This document shows, one piece after another, positions 62,331 through 64,000 of a stretch of 64,000 nt of DNA. Where the stretch lies: NCBI GenBank assembly GCA_038087875.1, contig JAXLNO010003747.1, forward strand, positions 186,001-250,000. Reading direction: 5' to 3'. Under the pieces are notes generated by a model, which ran no database searches, was not told the DNA's origin, and saw only the letters and a program-made list of their open reading frames with translations. Made by a program: the position numbers and the translations under genes. Each line of letters starts with the position of its first letter. Within the stretch, counting starts at the first letter, position 1. This DNA comes from Malacoraja senta. Taxonomy: Eukaryota.

Positions 62331-64000
62331 CTGATAATCTGGCCTATCATCACCTCTCATAAATTAATATAATTCTATATTTTTCTTGCGTATGGCGTGC
62401 ACAGCCTAAAGTTGTAAGACAATTTGTTCCGTTTGATCTGTTTGTGCACGCCAGGTTGATTGCACTCGTTGAAACAGGGTGGACCACGTGAAGGTTGCAA
62501 TCTCCCACCCCGACATAATTCTCTCAGGTAGCCCGTCAGCTTCTGACATTCCAGAGAAAACAATCCAAGTTTGTCCAACCTCTTCTTATAACCAATGGTC
62601 TTTATATTTAAATGATACTGTTTATTTATATTTATGCTACCTATGTGATGATAATATAATGAATGCTTCATGGGTTCAGGTAAAATGTATTTTTATTTTG
62701 TCTGTTCATCATTTTTCTCTACTCTCTATTTGGAGGGTACTTTTTACCTGCAGGGGTTCTGATCCATCCTGACAACATTGGTCTTATTACACATTTGTTA
62801 CCTTGCACAACCATCTTGTAATTTGTCTTTAATTTGTCTTTAACCCCCACTACCTTGGTCCACTCCATGAAGTATTATAGGGAGGTATTTTATTTTCCAG
62901 CACAAAGTTAAGTAAGCCTCTCCTTATGGAACTGGTTCCTTCTCCCTAGGTGTTTACAGAAATTAATATGCAGCCTGCATTTGCCCCACAGTGGCACACA
63001 AACAATGGATCTATGACCTTTTGACTGTTAATCACAGCCATACTTTATTAACTTTGTTATCTGATCCCTCTGTCAAAGCAGGGAAGGTATACTGAGCACT
63101 GCTTGAGGTTGACTTGCAGAGTTTACGCTAACTCATCCAGCTTACCCTAACTTAACCCAACTAACAAGTTCTCTGCAACTCCTACTTGTTGTTAAGACAT
63201 CTGCATTGTAATGATGAGATGATCACTTGACATGTCTATCCAAGGATGCTGACTGAAACCTCTGCAATGTGGGGGCTCAATTGATGTGACAAAGAAGGCA
63301 CTGACACAACTCCATCTTTATTAGTATTCATATCAGTTTTAAATGAATTAAACTGTTATAAAGATAGATCTAGCTCTTAGGGCTAAAGGAATGGATATGG
63401 GGAAAAAGCAGCAAAGGGGTACTGATTTTAGATGATCAGCCATGATCATATTGAATGGTGGTGCTGGCTCGAAGGACCGAATGGACTGCTCCTGCACCTA
63501 TTTTCTATGTTTTCTATGTTCTATGTTTCTAAATTTACAGGCATTTAACTAAACCATTCAACAAGTGCTTTGTAACTCTTTATCACCTATTTTACTTCGG
63601 AGTCACGTGAGTGACTACGTGAAGAAGAACCCGTCCAGACCGCACACGCGTCATATCGTCAGACGCATAGCGTGAGTGCTGATGTGTTTGGAGTGAGCAG
63701 AGCTCCTCCAAACCGGTAAGTAAAAAACCTGAAGGTAAGTGTTTACTTGCGTTTTCAGGTTGATTTCTTGAGAAGACTTGTAGTGGAGAAAACACGTCAT
63801 AATGAAGAAATATTGTAGAGGTGTTTACAGAAATTAATATGCAGCCTGCATTTGCCCCACAGTGGCACACAAACCATGGATCTATGACCTTTTGACTGTT
63901 AATCACAGCCATACTTTATTAACTTTGTTATCTGATCCCTCAGATAAGACCGCGGGTCTGTGAGTAGCGGGCGCCCTTTAAATTTTTTTTTTAAGCGGTT

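Noticed and set aside
62941-63030. ctccctag| acceptor as the next NXPE exon
   Set aside because: No frame gives the expected GVNIK-like continuation, stops follow quickly, and the segment is duplicated at 63819.

Overview
Repeat-dense vertebrate genomic DNA, most likely a cartilaginous fish such as a skate or ray. This is inferred from the V-SINE/HE1-like SINEs, CR1 LINEs and Penelope-type repeats, and from the divergent class I sequence. Two host genes lie on the + strand. (1) A divergent, non-classical MHC class I-like gene: putative leader exon 8650-8701, alpha1 exon 31397-31655 and alpha2 exon 47110-47385. The alpha1 exon has a frameshift near its 5' end, and I found no alpha3 exon before the next gene. 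(2) The 5' part of an NXPE3-like gene: ATG/signal-anchor exon 53328-53458 and large exon 60500-61287; its remaining exons lie outside the window or were not found. The alpha2 donor is in frame with the acceptor of the NXPE ATG exon, which raises a testable MHC-I(alpha1-alpha2)-TM-NXPE read-through or fusion hypothesis. The rest is mostly transposon debris: CR1, L2/Rex-like, L1/Tx1-like and RTE LINE fragments, Penelope-like GIY-YIG elements carrying hammerhead-like motifs, a nested 5-kb hAT/Buster element, Harbinger-like MITEs, many V-SINEs and several minisatellites. Repeat boundaries were placed by eye and are approximate unless TIRs or TSDs are quoted. Exon boundaries were counted base by base.
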